64,000 bases of DNA from Eledone cirrhosa (Eukaryota), in the NCBI GenBank assembly GCA_964016885.1, contig OZ024745.1, positions 36,580,001-36,644,000 of the forward strand, read 5' to 3'. Each line of letters opens with the position of its first letter. Position 1 is the stretch's first letter. The position numbers and the translations under genes were made by a program. Shown here in pieces: positions 50,469-64,000 of this stretch. Below the pieces are notes generated by a model that ran no database searches, had not been told where the DNA came from, and worked only from the letters and a program-made list of their open reading frames with translations.

Positions 50469-51039
50469 GTATCCGAGTGTAAACACCTAGCCCAGACTCA
50501 TTATAAAAGATGGAGGCATGATATCATAGGGAACGTAATCCACTAGCATTTATAAAAACTAAATGATTTACCTGATAAGCCAGAGTCGGTGATAGAAAAC
50601 AACCGGGTGAAGGTACAGTGGGGTTCCAGGATACAAACAAATAAAGTATTAAAGTACACTGAGCCTGGCTTATTAGTGTTTTACAAGAAAAAAGTTATTG
50701 CTTGATTATAGATGTAGCTCGCCTGTTTGACACAAGATTGCAAGAAAAGGAAAGGGAGAAAATTAACAGGTGCCAGGATCTAAGGTAGGAACTGAAAAGG
50801 ATTTGGGACTTTCATGAGATCAAGGTCCTCCTCATCGTCAGGGGAGAACAGCTTTCCAAGGCTGGCTAAAGACCATTAGCCCAGCCACCGTTTTTGCCAC
50901 TTCAAAAGGCATACCTACTAGGAACAGCAAAAACTCTCCGATACATCTTGAATATCTGAGGCTACTGGTAGCAGCTTGGTGTTCATTTGGACAAATATTC
51001 CGGTTAAATAACATCAATGGCTGATATATCAAATTCAAA
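50469..51039 (+). mobile_element. Decayed 3' fragment of the Dong-like copy A family
   Basis: GTATCCGAGTGTAAACACCTAGCCCAGACTCA..AAGCCAGAGTCGGTGATAGAAAAC..GAATATCTGAGGCT aligns to 10252-10860; ends in degenerate (AAT)n. Confidence 0.85.
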
Positions 51040-53409
51040 ATAATAATAACAATAATAGTAAAAAAGATAATAATAATAATAAATGTCATAACTCTCGTTC
51101 TTTTAGACTAAATTCATTCACAATCGACCAGCTAGCTCCTTCAAAATGAATTTAATCTAAAAGAGCGATCGATGTCTGACACTACGAGCTGTCAAACGGA
51201 ACAGTAAGCGGTGATAAAACGATGTTACCAAAGAACAGTAATTAGAAGTACAATGTGGTTAGTGTACAGCAAAATTGTAGCCAACAATATCAAAATAATT
51301 CAGTTATTCAGTTATTCAAAAAGAAAGAAGCGCTCTCACGGACGGGAAACTTTTAGATCAAAGCAGATTACGAAATATACCCAGATAAATTCTAAAAGCA
51401 AGACGAAATAACATAATGAGAAATAGAATATTTAAAGATGTACATTTTAGACAACCACAGCAATAAATTAAAATTCTTAAACTATACATAATACAAATAG
51501 ATAGAAATTGATAATCACCGACATAGTATTACTTGAAATAGCAACTGGTAGTAGCAATCTCAGCAATATATGTAGCAAATATTGTGTTGCAGAAGGTTTC
51601 TAATAAAAGAAAGGTGGCAAAAATACCGACAGGCATTATTAAAGGAATGGAATCGACGACTAAAGCAACAATTGATAAACAGTGGTAATATCACCATGGT
51701 AACATAAGCTTAAATAATGTCGGTAGAAAGAACTGTTAATTAGAACAGACACGCTAAGATAGGTTTTAGACAGTGAAAGCAATGATAGCATCTACATGTA
51801 AATGAATTAATTTACTTTATGACTGTCGAAATATCTGAGCAAAACGGATACAGGCTTCATCCAGGCTTCAAATAGAAAATAAACACTTCGAAAAAGCTAT
51901 GGAATTGACTAGAAATAATCAGATTAAAGGAAGATAGATGGAGGAGAAAACTCTTATCAATACCGAAGAAAAAAATCAAAGTTAAGACGAAGGTTATAAC
52001 ATTAAAACCAATTTTAAAAGATATTTAGAAAAGATTTAAGTAAAAAAAGGGTGATAAGAGATTACAAGATGACATCTTAGCAAAGACACGGCAAATTAAA
52101 CAATTCCAATCATTTGAATGCTACTTTACCAAAATGAAATATGTGAAAGTTACACATTAGGAAAACCTCATATATCAAAAGAAAATAATAATAAACTAAA
52201 AATACTGGGGATAAATATGGTGGGAAGCTGTCAATCACCACCAAAAAGCAGCACATATTAAGAAAACTAGTCAAAACCTGTAAAAAATTAAGAGCGGATG
52301 GCGAAATGTATCGAAAGCTTAGCGTTTAATAAACATCACAGCTTGATAGATTTGGGAATCTCTCAAGCCCTTTCAATAGAAACCTGATGGATCAACTACA
52401 AATAAAGGCTGAACAGTTATTGATTTCTAATTTAGGCATGGGACTACAGAATTCTTAGGGGAAGAGTCAATCCTTTCGACTCCAATACTTCACCAATAAA
52501 TGTCGATTTCGGTGTATTTCATAGCCAGGACGTAAAGATAACTAAATACCTTGTGGTATTTAATCCTATTTGCTCTACAGCTTCTATCAAACCAACAACT
52601 ACAGTACGCTATTTATTGGAAGACAATAGCGCTATCATAACAATACTAAACAATGAAGATTCTATACAGTAATATACCCATCACCTGTCTATCAACTATA
52701 GACTATAGACACTACTGTTGAACCCCTTTGAAATATTTCTCAAAGAACTATATTTGACGTTTTATGAACGGGAGAATAGCTGAGTGATTAGAAAGTTTGT
52801 TTTGCAATCATGAATTTCCAAATTCGACGACATTGCGTGGAATAATTACTTTAGATAACAGCAAGTCACTCAAAGCGTTATGAGTGAAACTGTGTAGAAA
52901 GAAACTGTTTCGAAGTCCCTAGGTTGAAATGTACCTGTGTTTCAAAGCTCTACTCTTAGCACAGATATTGTCGGGCTGAATCGGCCTCAAGATTATGTCA
53001 AGGGTGCATTTGCTATGAAATAATCAGCAACTTACATCTTGATTTAATTAATAGTGCACTCAGTTGATCGTACTACAAAAGGAACATCTGTATGTGTCAC
53101 TACCTAATTATAATAAATCAGTGAATAATGATTTTACATGTAAATTCCTTTTAAAATATATCAGTGAAGAGGTGTTAGAAACCAAATTAAAGTCACAGCT
53201 AGTTTTTGTGATCGACCATTTCGTTGTTTCTTATTTCCACCGTTAAAACTTGACTTTCCTCCTGTCAATTGAATAATTAGTTTCAAATGGTTTCTAGTAA
53301 AATATTTCAGTATTCGAATAAAGCCAAGCTAATAAATATCGACATAATTTACTGAGCTGGTATACATCAGTTAGACGTCACAGTACACACACACACACAC
53401 ATATATATA

Positions 53410-53569
53410 TAGGAACAATTATGACCCCGACGGCAGAGCTCAAGCCGTTTCGACGGCTTGAGCTCTGCCGTCGGGGTCATTCTTGTTCCTATTACCCACT
53501 CTACTACCTTAAGTATTGAGTACTTTGATGCGTTATGGCCCATCTGGTTACTTACCACATTTCCTTCGT

Positions 53570-53571
<2 letters not shown>
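53410..53571 (+). mobile_element. Hairpin mini-element family H1
   Basis: GACCCCGACGGCAGAGCTCAAGCCGT-TTCG-ACGGCTTGAGCTCTGCCGTCGGGGTC plus shared tail. Confidence 0.88.
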
Positions 53572-53624
<53 letters not shown>

Positions 53625-53727
53625 AAGAAAGCTTTTTTCGCTTAATTGCAAACGAGTCGAATGTTATTATTAATGTTCGAAAAACTCAGATTACATTTAT
53701 CTATATATATATATATGTATATATGTA

Positions 53728-53809
<82 letters not shown>

Positions 53810-53955
53810 TTAGAAACACACAGATACATGCGGACACACACATATACATGAATGCATCCGCGACCGTTATATCGCGTGACTATCTCCCCCTCCGCCTTTT
53901 GGGATTCTTTCTCACGTCGTGTAGACGCGTTCTTGAGACTAGTAAAATGAGGTAA

Positions 53956-54043
53956 CCTCTTGATAAGTCGGCAGACCTCGCAAGGACTCTATATCTTTAT
54001 GATGTATTGTTTTTGTTTATGCCACGAAACTACGTAGTCGAGG
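53956..54043 (+). ncRNA. Type-I HHR, U3:A8 core, GUC site, ~46-nt loop 2
   Basis: CCTC-TTGATAA-GTCGGCA...TGCCAC-GAAA-CTACGTAG-TC-GAGG. Confidence 0.75.
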
Positions 54044-54110
54044 AATCTAGGAGCAGTTTTGGTATGATACATTTTATTACTAATTATATCTAAATGTTTC
54101 TTCTCTCTTC

Positions 54111-54147
<37 letters not shown>

Positions 54148-54231
54148 ACGTGGTTGACGGCTAAGAGAAAGGAGTATTCAATGCTGAAGAAGAGTTTTAA
54201 TATCCAATATTATTAAAGCTAAAACGTGAAT

Positions 54232-54297
54232 CTTGTTACTCTAGTGTTTCGTCTGTTTATCACAAGGCCATCAGACAAGAAGACTTCATCAGACAAG
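54232..54297 (-). ncRNA. Type-I HHR with a duplicated 5' core segment
   Basis: Minus strand: CTTGT-CTGATGA-A-GTCT...AGAC-GAAA-CACTAGAG-TA-ACAAG; a second CTTGT-CTGATGG lies inside. Confidence 0.65.
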
Positions 54298-54509
54298 AAG
54301 ACACCATTTAATGCTTTACAATTGTTTTAATGCATACATGGACTTGTAACTCCTGTGGGTAGTGTAGGAGCGCCGTATTGACATACGACATATTCTGGGC
54401 ACTTTTTAAACCTGGCAGAGCCCATCTATTCTCCAGGCCTAAATCCAGTAGATTTCTTCAAGAGAATGAGAGAGAGTGAGAGAATGGAAGTGAGAAAGAG
54501 ATAGAGGAA

Positions 54510-54630
54510 CAATCTTGACTGGTACTTTTTATTGAGCTTGAATGGATGGAAAGCAAAGTTGACCTTAGCAAGATTTGATCTTGTGCAGAGACCCGAGATA
54601 AATACACTAAAGCATTCTATTCGAGGTTCT
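54510..54630 (-). mobile_element. tRNA-derived SINE copy (degenerate)
   Basis: CTGGTACTTTTTATTGAGC..GGATGGAAAGCAAAGTTGACCTTAGCAAGATTTGA. Confidence 0.65.
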
Positions 54631-54715
54631 GTTGTTTCAATACATCGTTGAAAAATACCTCTTCCACTGTCTCTCCCTCTCTCTATCTCTCTGTCTTTCT
54701 ATCGTTCTATCTCTT

Positions 54716-54823
<108 letters not shown>

Positions 54824-55389
54824 CTTGTGTGCATGTATGTACTGTTTATATATTGATTATTCACTTTTCTTTTTCTCCTTCCCCTATCACATACTCAGCA
54901 AATTATGTCGATATTTATTACCTTGGCTTTATTCGAATGCTGAAAGATTTTACTAGAAACCATTTGAAACTAATTATTCAATTGACAGGAGGAAAGTCAA
55001 GTTTTAACGGTGGAAATAAGAAACAACAAAATGGTCGATCACAAAAACTAGCTGTGACTTTAATTTGGTTTCTAACACCTCTTCACTGATATATTTTAAA
55101 AGGAATCTACATGAAAAATCATTATTCAGTGATTTACTATAATTAGAAACTGGCACATATGTTCCTTTTGTAGTACGATCAACTGAGTGCACTATTAATT
55201 AAATCAAGATGTAAGTTGCAGATTATTTCATAGCAAATGCACCCTTGACATAATCTTGAAGCCGATTCAGCCCGACAATATATGTGATAAGATGTACCTT
55301 TGAAACACAGGTACATTTCAACCTAGGGACTTCGAAACAGTTTCTTTCTACACAGTTTCAGTCATAACGCTTATATATATATATATATA

Positions 55390-56267
55390 TTTCGCTTCTG
55401 AATTTGACCAGGTATCTGAATTAGACCAGGTACCTCCGTAAAAACACTTATTAGCAAGACATACCCTTTTCAAAGACCCCCCTGTATAGATAAGAAATGT
55501 ATAACCTGTAAAATAAGCCCCCATATTAACTGTAAAACTAGAAATGTAGTGTATAGCATAAGATGTACTGAAGGACAATGTAGAGACAAAAATATAGTGT
55601 ACATAGGTGAGACAGCTCGTAGTGTAGGGGAACGGATAAATGAACACTGGCGAGACCTTCAAGATAGTAAAGAATCATATGTACTCTACCAACATGCTAA
55701 AATAGAACATAAGGGTAAATTAGAGAACATAGAAATAAAAATAGAATCTACACACAGAAAAGACGCAATGTTTACACAAATCACAGAGGCAATAAACATA
55801 AAAGAATTACAACCAAAATTAAATAGAAAACATGAGTGGAACAGCAACATCACAACTTACAATTAAGGACAAAATGAAAACACACACGCACATAGAACAA
55901 ACAACCAACCGGTAACATGTAAATAAACAAATAAATAAATAAACGAATATAAACACACACAGACACCCGGATGTGGCGCATGCACAGACTGAGCACACAA
56001 CACACACACAGAAACAAAATGGCGTAGGACAGAACAAAGGAGAGGCACAAAAACAAAGAAAAGAATCCCCAGTTACTGAAGAGATCACAGAATGTGTGAC
56101 CAAAGAACTTTGACAATATATAAACAACTATCTGGTTGTGGAACCAACCAACCAAGCAGAAATTTATAAATTCCTAAATTTATAAATTTATTATAATAAA
56201 TTGAAGTGAAAGCAACTGGTGCGTGTGTTTCTTATTGGCAACATGACCCTCCCAAAGTATAACAATA

Positions 56268-56270
<3 letters not shown>
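55390..56270 (+). mobile_element. 5'-truncated PLE: GIY-YIG remnant plus pseudo-LTR (family of 38805-39349)
   Basis: NCKTRNVVYSIRC..C..VYIGETARSVGERINEH..EAINIK..P.LN; HHR at 56072-56114 has GAAA changed to CAAA. Confidence 0.88.
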
Positions 56271-56297
<27 letters not shown>

Positions 56298-56300
<3 letters not shown>

Positions 56301-57102
56301 TCATTAGTTAAGCAAAACAAGACCACAAATTTCACAAGGAAGACATTATTAAAAGATTGTCAACATATTTTAGTTTGATGTAAGGAATGTAGAAAATAAT
56401 AATAATAATATTAATAATAATAATGTCCGTTTACAATTGTTTCGCTACTCCATATAATATTTCTGGATCAAATGATTATATATCATTATTGATCTGGTTC
56501 AGTTGAAAATAATTAACATAGGTAGAAATAAAGCAGCTCATCGGAACTTCAAAAGGAATATAAATTAAAATAAGGAAAGAATGTTACATAAATGTAATGT
56601 TCCATATGTTGGTATTTCACTATGGTGTCCTGGGTATATCAATTGTCTGCCATAGTGGAGCAGTATTCTTCTGTCGGGGCTGCATTGTGTGACCCATAGG
56701 CAGATCTCACACAATGCAGCCTCGACGGAAGAATACTGCTCCACTATGGCAGACAATTGATATACCCAGGACACCATAGTGAAATACCAACATATGGAAC
56801 ATTACATTTATGTAACATTATTTCCTTATTTTAATTTATATTCCTTTTGAAGTTCCGATGAGCTGCTCTATTTCTACCTATGTTAATTATTTTCAACTGA
56901 ACCAGATCAATAATGATATATAATCATTTGATCCAGAAATATTATATGGAGTAGCGAAACATTTGTAAACGGACATTATTATTATTAATATTATTATTAT
57001 TATTCTCTACATTCCTTACATCAAACTAAAATATGTTGACAATCTTTTAATAATGTCTTCTTTGTGAAATTTGTGGTCTTGTTTTGCTTAACTAATGAAT
57101 AT
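56298..57102. mobile_element. 800-bp fold-back palindrome (arms ~395 bp, loop ~56692-56706) with an HHR on each strand
   Basis: TCATTAGTTAAGCAAAACAAGACCACAAATTTCAC... mirrored by ...GTGAAATTTGTGGTCTTGTTTTGCTTAACTAATGA. Confidence 0.95.
56852..56970 (+). ncRNA. HHR with U4C core and 80-nt loop 2 (inverted copy at 56429-56547, minus strand)
   Basis: GTT-CCGATGA-GCTGCTC-(80 nt)-GAGTAGC-GAAA-CATTTG (CAATTG in the other arm)-TA-AAC. Confidence 0.65.
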
Positions 57103-57372
57103 TTCCAGCTCTGTGCACCTAACCTCTGCATGAACCCAGCCACCTAGCTGCCTTCCACTGCATATTGCACATTGAGCACATGCCTTTACGCTTTGGCTTC
57201 TAACTAATTCACCAAACTCTCCTATCCTATCTCCTCTCCTATCTCCATCTCTCTCTTTAAGATTGGTTACTCTTGAACTGTGTGTATATATATATTTTTT
57301 TATTTTTTTGTTCTCCTTAAGTGTGTGTGTATAGAGGGAGTCTATGCGTACGGATGTTGTTATCTGTGTGAT

Positions 57373-57572
<200 letters not shown>

Positions 57573-57956
57573 GGTGGACGTGTGAACCCAGTAGTAATTC
57601 ATCGAAGTGTGGCAGAAGGGAACAGCTGCTGGTCAGTAGAATTCACACCTGTTGGTCAGATATATGATGACGTAGAAAAGCAGCAGCCAATAACAGGATG
57701 CGCGAAGTGGATGTTTTCGACGCTAACACCCCAGTGAAGGAATTTTCTCCGAAATCATTAGACGTGTCCGTCGAACCTACAGATCCAGAATCAGATAGAT
57801 CCACACAATGATCGTGTCTCTAGCTGTCCGCCGGCGAAACAATTGTAACACACAATAAATTGAGTTCAGATGCATCACTGATTTTTCGTTTTATATTATG
57901 TACGATATATATACACGATTTCAGATAAAGAATCTTGCTAAACAAATTCAGAAACG

Positions 57957-58232
<276 letters not shown>

Positions 58233-58248
58233 ATATATATATATATAT

Positions 58249-59096
58249 ATATAAATTTAGCGAGAATCGCATTTCGGCGGGTAGAAATTAGCGAAACGCA
58301 ACTTCCGAATTGTATTGACAAGCGCTCAATGGATATGAAGATGCCAGAGCTCTAAACATAAGTTTAAAAGGTCATACAAAACTGAGACGATGGTTAAGAA
58401 GCCATTAACCACCTAAGCCAAACAAAGCGAACAAGCTAAACGGGTCAAAGAAAATAAGATATGATTGAAATATTTACCCGGACCCCTGGGAAGATGGTAT
58501 ACTCCGATATAGGGTTTCTGCGACACCTAAATCAATAATACTGTCTGCTTATAAAAAATAATAAGCTTTTGGTATAATGATCGAACAAGGATATCACTTT
58601 CTCTACAGGTATTTTGCTCTGCGTGCGCCAGAGTCTCACAGCGTTTGAAAGCACATGTGAGGTTCTAAGGGGAGAAACGTTTTGGCAAACAAATTCAGGA
58701 TGTGTAGTCATTGCAAAATTTGCAAAAATAGCACATAACGAATTAAGCTCTCAACCGAGTGGTTTTTAAATAAACTTAAGCGATTAATCAGTCAATAGAA
58801 TTAAATAAAAGAATAATAAATGAGTAAAAAAAATTAACTGGTTAATCGCTAGATTTGGGAGATTAGTACAAATATAAATTTAGCGAGAATCGCATTTCGG
58901 CGGGTAGAAATTAGCGAAACGCAACTTCCGAATTGTATTGACAAGCGCTCAATGATATGAAGATACCAGAGCTATAAACATTAGTTAAAAAGGTCATACA
59001 AAACTGAGACGATGGTTAAGAAGCCATTAACCACCTAAGCCAAAAAAAGCGAACCAAGCTAAACGGGTCAAACAAAATAAGATATGATTGAAATAT
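58249..59096. repeat. TA-flanked 1.36-mer: ~225-bp direct repeats (58249-58473 / 58872-59096), unit ~623 bp
   Basis: ATATAAATTTAGCGAGAATCGCATTTCGGCGGG...GATATGATTGAAATAT occurs twice. Confidence 0.9.
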
Positions 59097-59128
59097 ATGA
59101 TTGAAATATGATTGAAATATGATTGAAA

Positions 59129-59193
<65 letters not shown>

Positions 59194-59199
<6 letters not shown>

Positions 59200-59266
59200 A
59201 GAAGAAGTTTATGAAACGGAAATTCTTTATACCCGCATTTCCGTTTCATAAACTTCTTCTCCATAT
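59194..59266. other. ~28-bp-arm hairpin at a TA-repeat boundary
   Basis: ATATGGAGAAGAAGTTTATGAAACGGAAAT...ATTTCCGTTTCATAAACTTCTTCTCCATAT. Confidence 0.85.
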
Positions 59267-59517
59267 TTTCTCCGGATTTTAAAACACACTTTATTATACG
59301 TTGAGCAATCTCCGACGTCGGTTGACTCCATCCAATGCAACTACTTAGTAACATTGGAATACAAATTTACTAATTATATATATATATATATATAATCTAA
59401 GGATTCAAACAGAATTGGTTCGCTCGCTCTAGATGCAGATTGTAGAAACATATTGAGCTTGAAATGTTCTTGGCATATATTAACCAAGGCTAATCTTTCG
59501 ACTTATTTCTCTCGTTT

Positions 59518-59537
59518 ACACACACACACATACATAC

Positions 59538-59601
<64 letters not shown>

Positions 59602-59606
59602 CATAC

Positions 59607-59687
<81 letters not shown>

Positions 59688-59960
59688 TGTATGTATGTAC
59701 GTATAAATTCATACATATACAAGTCATATATATCTTCCTTTATTATACTTTCATATAAAAACTATCACATCAATTCACGCATCTACACATACACATTTAC
59801 ACACACGCGAACACATGCCAACGAACATACAAATATGCTCATTTAAAAATCTATTGATTTTTCTCCCTGAAACAATGATAAATATTACCAGCAATAAAAA
59901 ACAACACACACACACACTCACACACACTCACACGCTCACACACACACACACACACACACG

Positions 59961-60053
<93 letters not shown>

Positions 60054-60117
60054 GTGCGTGTGTATGTATTCAGATACATACACACAGTCACACAAGTATA
60101 AATACATACATACACAC

Positions 60118-60181
<64 letters not shown>

Positions 60182-60210
60182 ATATTTGTGTGACTGTGTG
60201 TATGTATGTG
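59518..60210. repeat. Compound (TA)n/(CA)n/(TG)n arrays
   Basis: Direct sequence. Confidence 0.9.
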
Positions 60211-61039
60211 AATACTTCTTTTGTAAGAATTGTATAGACATTTATAGACTTGTTAAAGATCCATAGAATAAACTTCTCATCTTTTGATTTTTTAACGGAT
60301 AAGAAAGAATTTTTAATTTAAAGGATGATTTTTAAAAGTTAACTTCTTGACTTTTACTTGGTTTTTCATGAAACAAAAGCAAACCATTTTTAATTCCTCC
60401 TTTTAATAAGATGTAGAAACACATTCACGCACACATGCTTACAGGCACATGCATACACACACATACACTCACTAAAGTCACATGCATGTTTACACACTCA
60501 CAGGCGCAAACATATATCACATTCCTACACGCATCACGCACAGATAAATATACAAGGACATACACGTATATGCGCATATATACAACTACGCACGCAAGCA
60601 AAGACGTTATACCTATATACCACACATATACCCATATATACCACACATACGTACAAAGACACATTTATATATAGAGAGATATATGTGTGTGTGTATGTGT
60701 GTGTATGTAGTGTTTACATACATATATGTGCGCACACATATACACCAGCCAACGTAATACACGCATAAACTCGTACTGAACACAAGCAAATACCTCTGTA
60801 AACAACAATTCATGTAATGTACGGAGGTCACACCTGCACATTCATTTTGAATCACGACTGACATATACATGTACATGTATATATGTGTGTTTGTGAGTGT
60901 GTGTGTGTATGAGTGTGCGTCAATCTTAATATTGGATGTATGTGTAGGTTGTGGCATCTGTACATTAAATGAATTTATGTATACAGAGATATTTGCATGT
61001 CTTCAAATATATATATATATACTTCGTTTTTGTATTTCT

Positions 61040-61285
61040 TTTGCAAGATTTCTTATCTGAAAACATATGTTGAAACAGATATGGTTATACTTTGGGAAGG
61101 TCATGCTGCCAATAAATATACAGGAACCTGCTGGTTTTCACTTCAATTTCTTCTAAATTTGCAGTTGGTTAGTTTAATAGCAGGATGGTTGTTTATTTGT
61201 TTATTGACAATGCTCTTTCATCACACATTCTGTAACCTCCTCAGTGACTATTTTTTTTTTTTGTTTTACCTTTCTTCTTTCCTGC
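61040..61285 (-). mobile_element. Diverged solo pseudo-LTR of the 38805/55390 PLE family with a decayed HHR
   Basis: GCAAGATTTCTTATCTGAAAAC..GTTATACTTTGGGAAGGTCATG..; minus strand GTCA-CTGAGGA-G-GTTACA(GAATG)TGTGAT-GAAA. Confidence 0.75.
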
Positions 61286-61289
61286 ACCA

Positions 61290-61760
61290 TATCTTTGTGC
61301 AGACATGAATTGGCCTCTGCGCATCACATATAACATATATAGAAGGCCTTTATGCATGATTCTTCCGATAATGGGCTTTGAAAACTCGGGCGTTATAGCA
61401 ATGACGCTGATTGATTTTCTGGGGTTCTTATCCATCATTTTCTGTACCTTTCACACAAAAGTGGGTGTTCTGATGGTATTTGAACCCTTAGCAAAAGTTT
61501 TCCATTTGGCTACAGATGTAGAATCCCTGTCGGCGGCTTCCAGCTCCTTCCAAACTTTGAGCACCAATGGCCGTGCAACTTTCAAGAAGCGAACAATCTC
61601 TACATCACTATACTCTGCCTTTAAGTCAACGATTAAAGCATGCTTTTTTATTTGTTGAGTTAGCTTGATGTGTGTCATCATTTATCTGAAAAAAATGATG
61701 ATCATAACAAGTTATAAAAAGGTTATAACTATTAAAAGGCACATTCTCAAAGAACACACC
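61290..61760 (-). pseudogene. Tc1/mariner-superfamily transposase N-terminal (paired-like HTH) remnant
   Basis: KKHALIVDLKAEYSDVEIVRFLKVARPLVLKVWKEL..TIRTPTFV, then NPRKSI..IA....SK..I.RIMH..L.Y..YVMRRGQFMS. Confidence 0.7.
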
Positions 61761-62133
61761 AACTCGGCATTGTATACATATAGAGAGAAATCTGAGGCGA
61801 GCGGCGCTATGCCCAGAAAATCCTTATTCTATCTTCTTCTAGTTAGCAAAACGAGAAGCAAAATAATTCTTCCATGTCAATTTAAATAGGTAGTTATATA
61901 ATCAACAGTTGTACCACTCAACCACCGGGACTATTCGAAGAATTAAACCATTTTTAAAAGTTATATTTAAATAACGTTTGGTAACTTTATGGTCTTACCT
62001 ACTTTACACTTACGTATAGATTTGCTTGAATATTTTACATCGTTGGATACCGGGTTCGGTTATTCTATTAATTATTAAAGACTATTTACTTTTATTTATT
62101 TAATTGTATTCATTTTTATATGTACAAATAACT

Positions 62134-62232
<99 letters not shown>

Positions 62233-62535
62233 ACTCTAACCATCTAACCATATATATATGGTTAGATCGATATATATGTATGTATGAATGTATTTGGTAG
62301 TGAACTGAATAATATATTACTAAAATGTTCTTTGTCGTTTGAATCTACTAGAGCTTTCATCTTTCACGGAAAACGTGGTCTTGTGTCGGAATAAATTCCT
62401 TTATAATGTTTTTCCTATTTTCTCTCGGTACTGCGGATCATCAGTTAAACTTTTAACTACTCTTGCAATAACACCTAAATTTAAGTCTATTGCGATTGAT
62501 GAAAGTACTAATTTTATACTATATATATTTGCAAC

Positions 62536-62705
62536 AGTGGATTGACCGCATTGGTAGAACGTCGGACAAAATGCTTTGTGGTATTCAGTTACAACTTTCT
62601 ATGTTCTGAGTTCAAATCCTGGGAAGGTATTCTTTGCCTTTCATAAATTCTTGGGTCGATAAAATAAAGAACCAGTTTAGTACAGGGGTTGATAAGATTG
62701 ACTTT
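62536..62705 (+). mobile_element. tRNA-derived SINE copy
   Basis: TTGGTAGAACGTCGGAC..CTGAGTTCAAATCC..TTTGCCTTTCAT..GGGTCGATAAAATAAAGAACCAG. Confidence 0.8.
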
Positions 62706-62924
62706 TTTATACATTACTACTACTACTACTAGTACTGCTGCTCCTGCTGCTGCTGCTGCTACTACTACTACTCTAACAAATATATTAAAATCAACAACAT
62801 TTAGGATAAAAATAATACTATATATATATATAGATATATATATAGTATTATTTAGTTAGTAGTAGTAGTAGTAGTAGTAATAGTAGTAGCAGCAGCAGTA
62901 GTAATAGTAGTAGTAGTAGTAGTA

Positions 62925-63140
62925 GTAGTGTATAAAATCGGTCGGTGTCAGAATCTTTAGAATGTCGGAGAGAATATGCCTTAAGTCCTTTTACGTTACG
63001 TTCAGAAATCAAAATTCCGCCTCAGTCGATTTGTCCTTTTATCCGGCTATAGAGAAATGAAGAACCTCTGTAAGGCTGGGAAGTAAATCAATCGATTATA
63101 TCCACTCCTCTATAAATGTGTTATCTTGTGCCAATGTAAG
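62925..63140 (+). mobile_element. Degenerate SINE copy
   Basis: TTAGAATGTCGGA..TCAAAATTCCGCC..TTTGTCCTTTTATCC..TCTTGTGCCAATGTAAGAA. Confidence 0.45.
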
Positions 63141-63761
63141 AACTCAGTGATGCTTATACCGACTTTATAGTCTCTCCCGGCTTTTGCTTTCTCTGGAGTT
63201 AGATTCTCGCCATTCCTTGCCAATAAACGCGCCTTTATTTTCTTGGCCTTTGTCATTAAACCACATATATTTCTATGTTCCTCTAAACGTTAACACTGTA
63301 ACATCTTCACTCTTATTCCTATCTCGTAATAAAATGTATACATTTCACAATCTTAGCTTTGACTACTTCAATTTTGTCATTTTATTTTTTTTATTCAATC
63401 ACCAAACTATTCCCTTTACAGAATATCATATAGTTCAATATTGCCACTGGCATTTCAGGATTGCCATTTATTCCTTGTTCTCTATTAATAAACTACAATA
63501 ACTCCTTTGAGATCCTACATCTCTCGAATGTCACTTTCAATTGGCTTTTCTTGTAAATAGAGGTTCGCTTTACAAAAGCTAACATGTCACCGTATTTAGG
63601 TGAAGTCGACAGAAGAATAATACAAACCAAAATCAAGATAAACAATATTAACGAAAAATATTCTTCATTATATTTTTCTTTTTTCTAGCAGATGAAGCTC
63701 TTCAAATCACATTCTACTTTCTTTTTGAATGGACATGACCAAATTAGCATTCTTTGAATGG

Positions 63762-63806
<45 letters not shown>

Positions 63807-64000
63807 TATATGTGTGTATATATATATGTGTGTGTATATATATATATTTAATATTGTAAATATACTCCAAATATTTGTCGAGTGCTTTTATATCAGTTAT
63901 AAATATTTACTAGTTGTAACCCAACAATTTTAAATATAACTTTACATATATATATATATATATATATGTGTGTATATATATATATATATTATATATATAT

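Noticed and set aside
51200-52360. Possible ancient Dong/R4 remnant (ends with an AHILRK-like motif)
   Set aside because: Too decayed to support without alignment.
62350-62455. Minus-strand CTGATGA...GAAA HHR candidate
   Set aside because: Stem I cannot be formed convincingly; at best a decayed copy.

Overview
This is AT-rich, microsatellite-saturated animal genomic DNA with no convincing host gene. The repeat content resembles a cephalopod/octopus genome, but that is inference. Almost everything is mobile-element derived. (1) At 5.9-22.3 kb a single (AAT)n tract is filled by an alternating array of non-LTR retrotransposons: two divergent R4/Dong-like RT+RLE elements (+) that share a ~700-bp 5' leader, and a 3' fragment plus a full-length copy of a Tx1/L1-like APE+RT element (-). 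(2) From 22 to 61 kb there are many short (TA)n-flanked elements related to Penelope-like elements (PLEs), carrying minimal type-I hammerhead ribozyme (HHR) folds read by eye. Most are head-to-head fold-back palindromes with an HHR on each strand, or 1.1-1.4-mer permuted monomers of 300-600 nt (retrozyme-like). Four unrelated families use the compensatory U3:A8 core (UUGANAA), and several have greatly expanded loop 2. PLE coding fragments (RT or GIY-YIG) lie at about 2, 36-37, 40 and 55.5 kb. (3) Also present: many tRNA-derived SINE copies, an RTE fragment with a twin-priming-like inversion, a Tc1/mariner remnant and local inverted duplications. All RNA folds and alignments were done manually and need computational confirmation.
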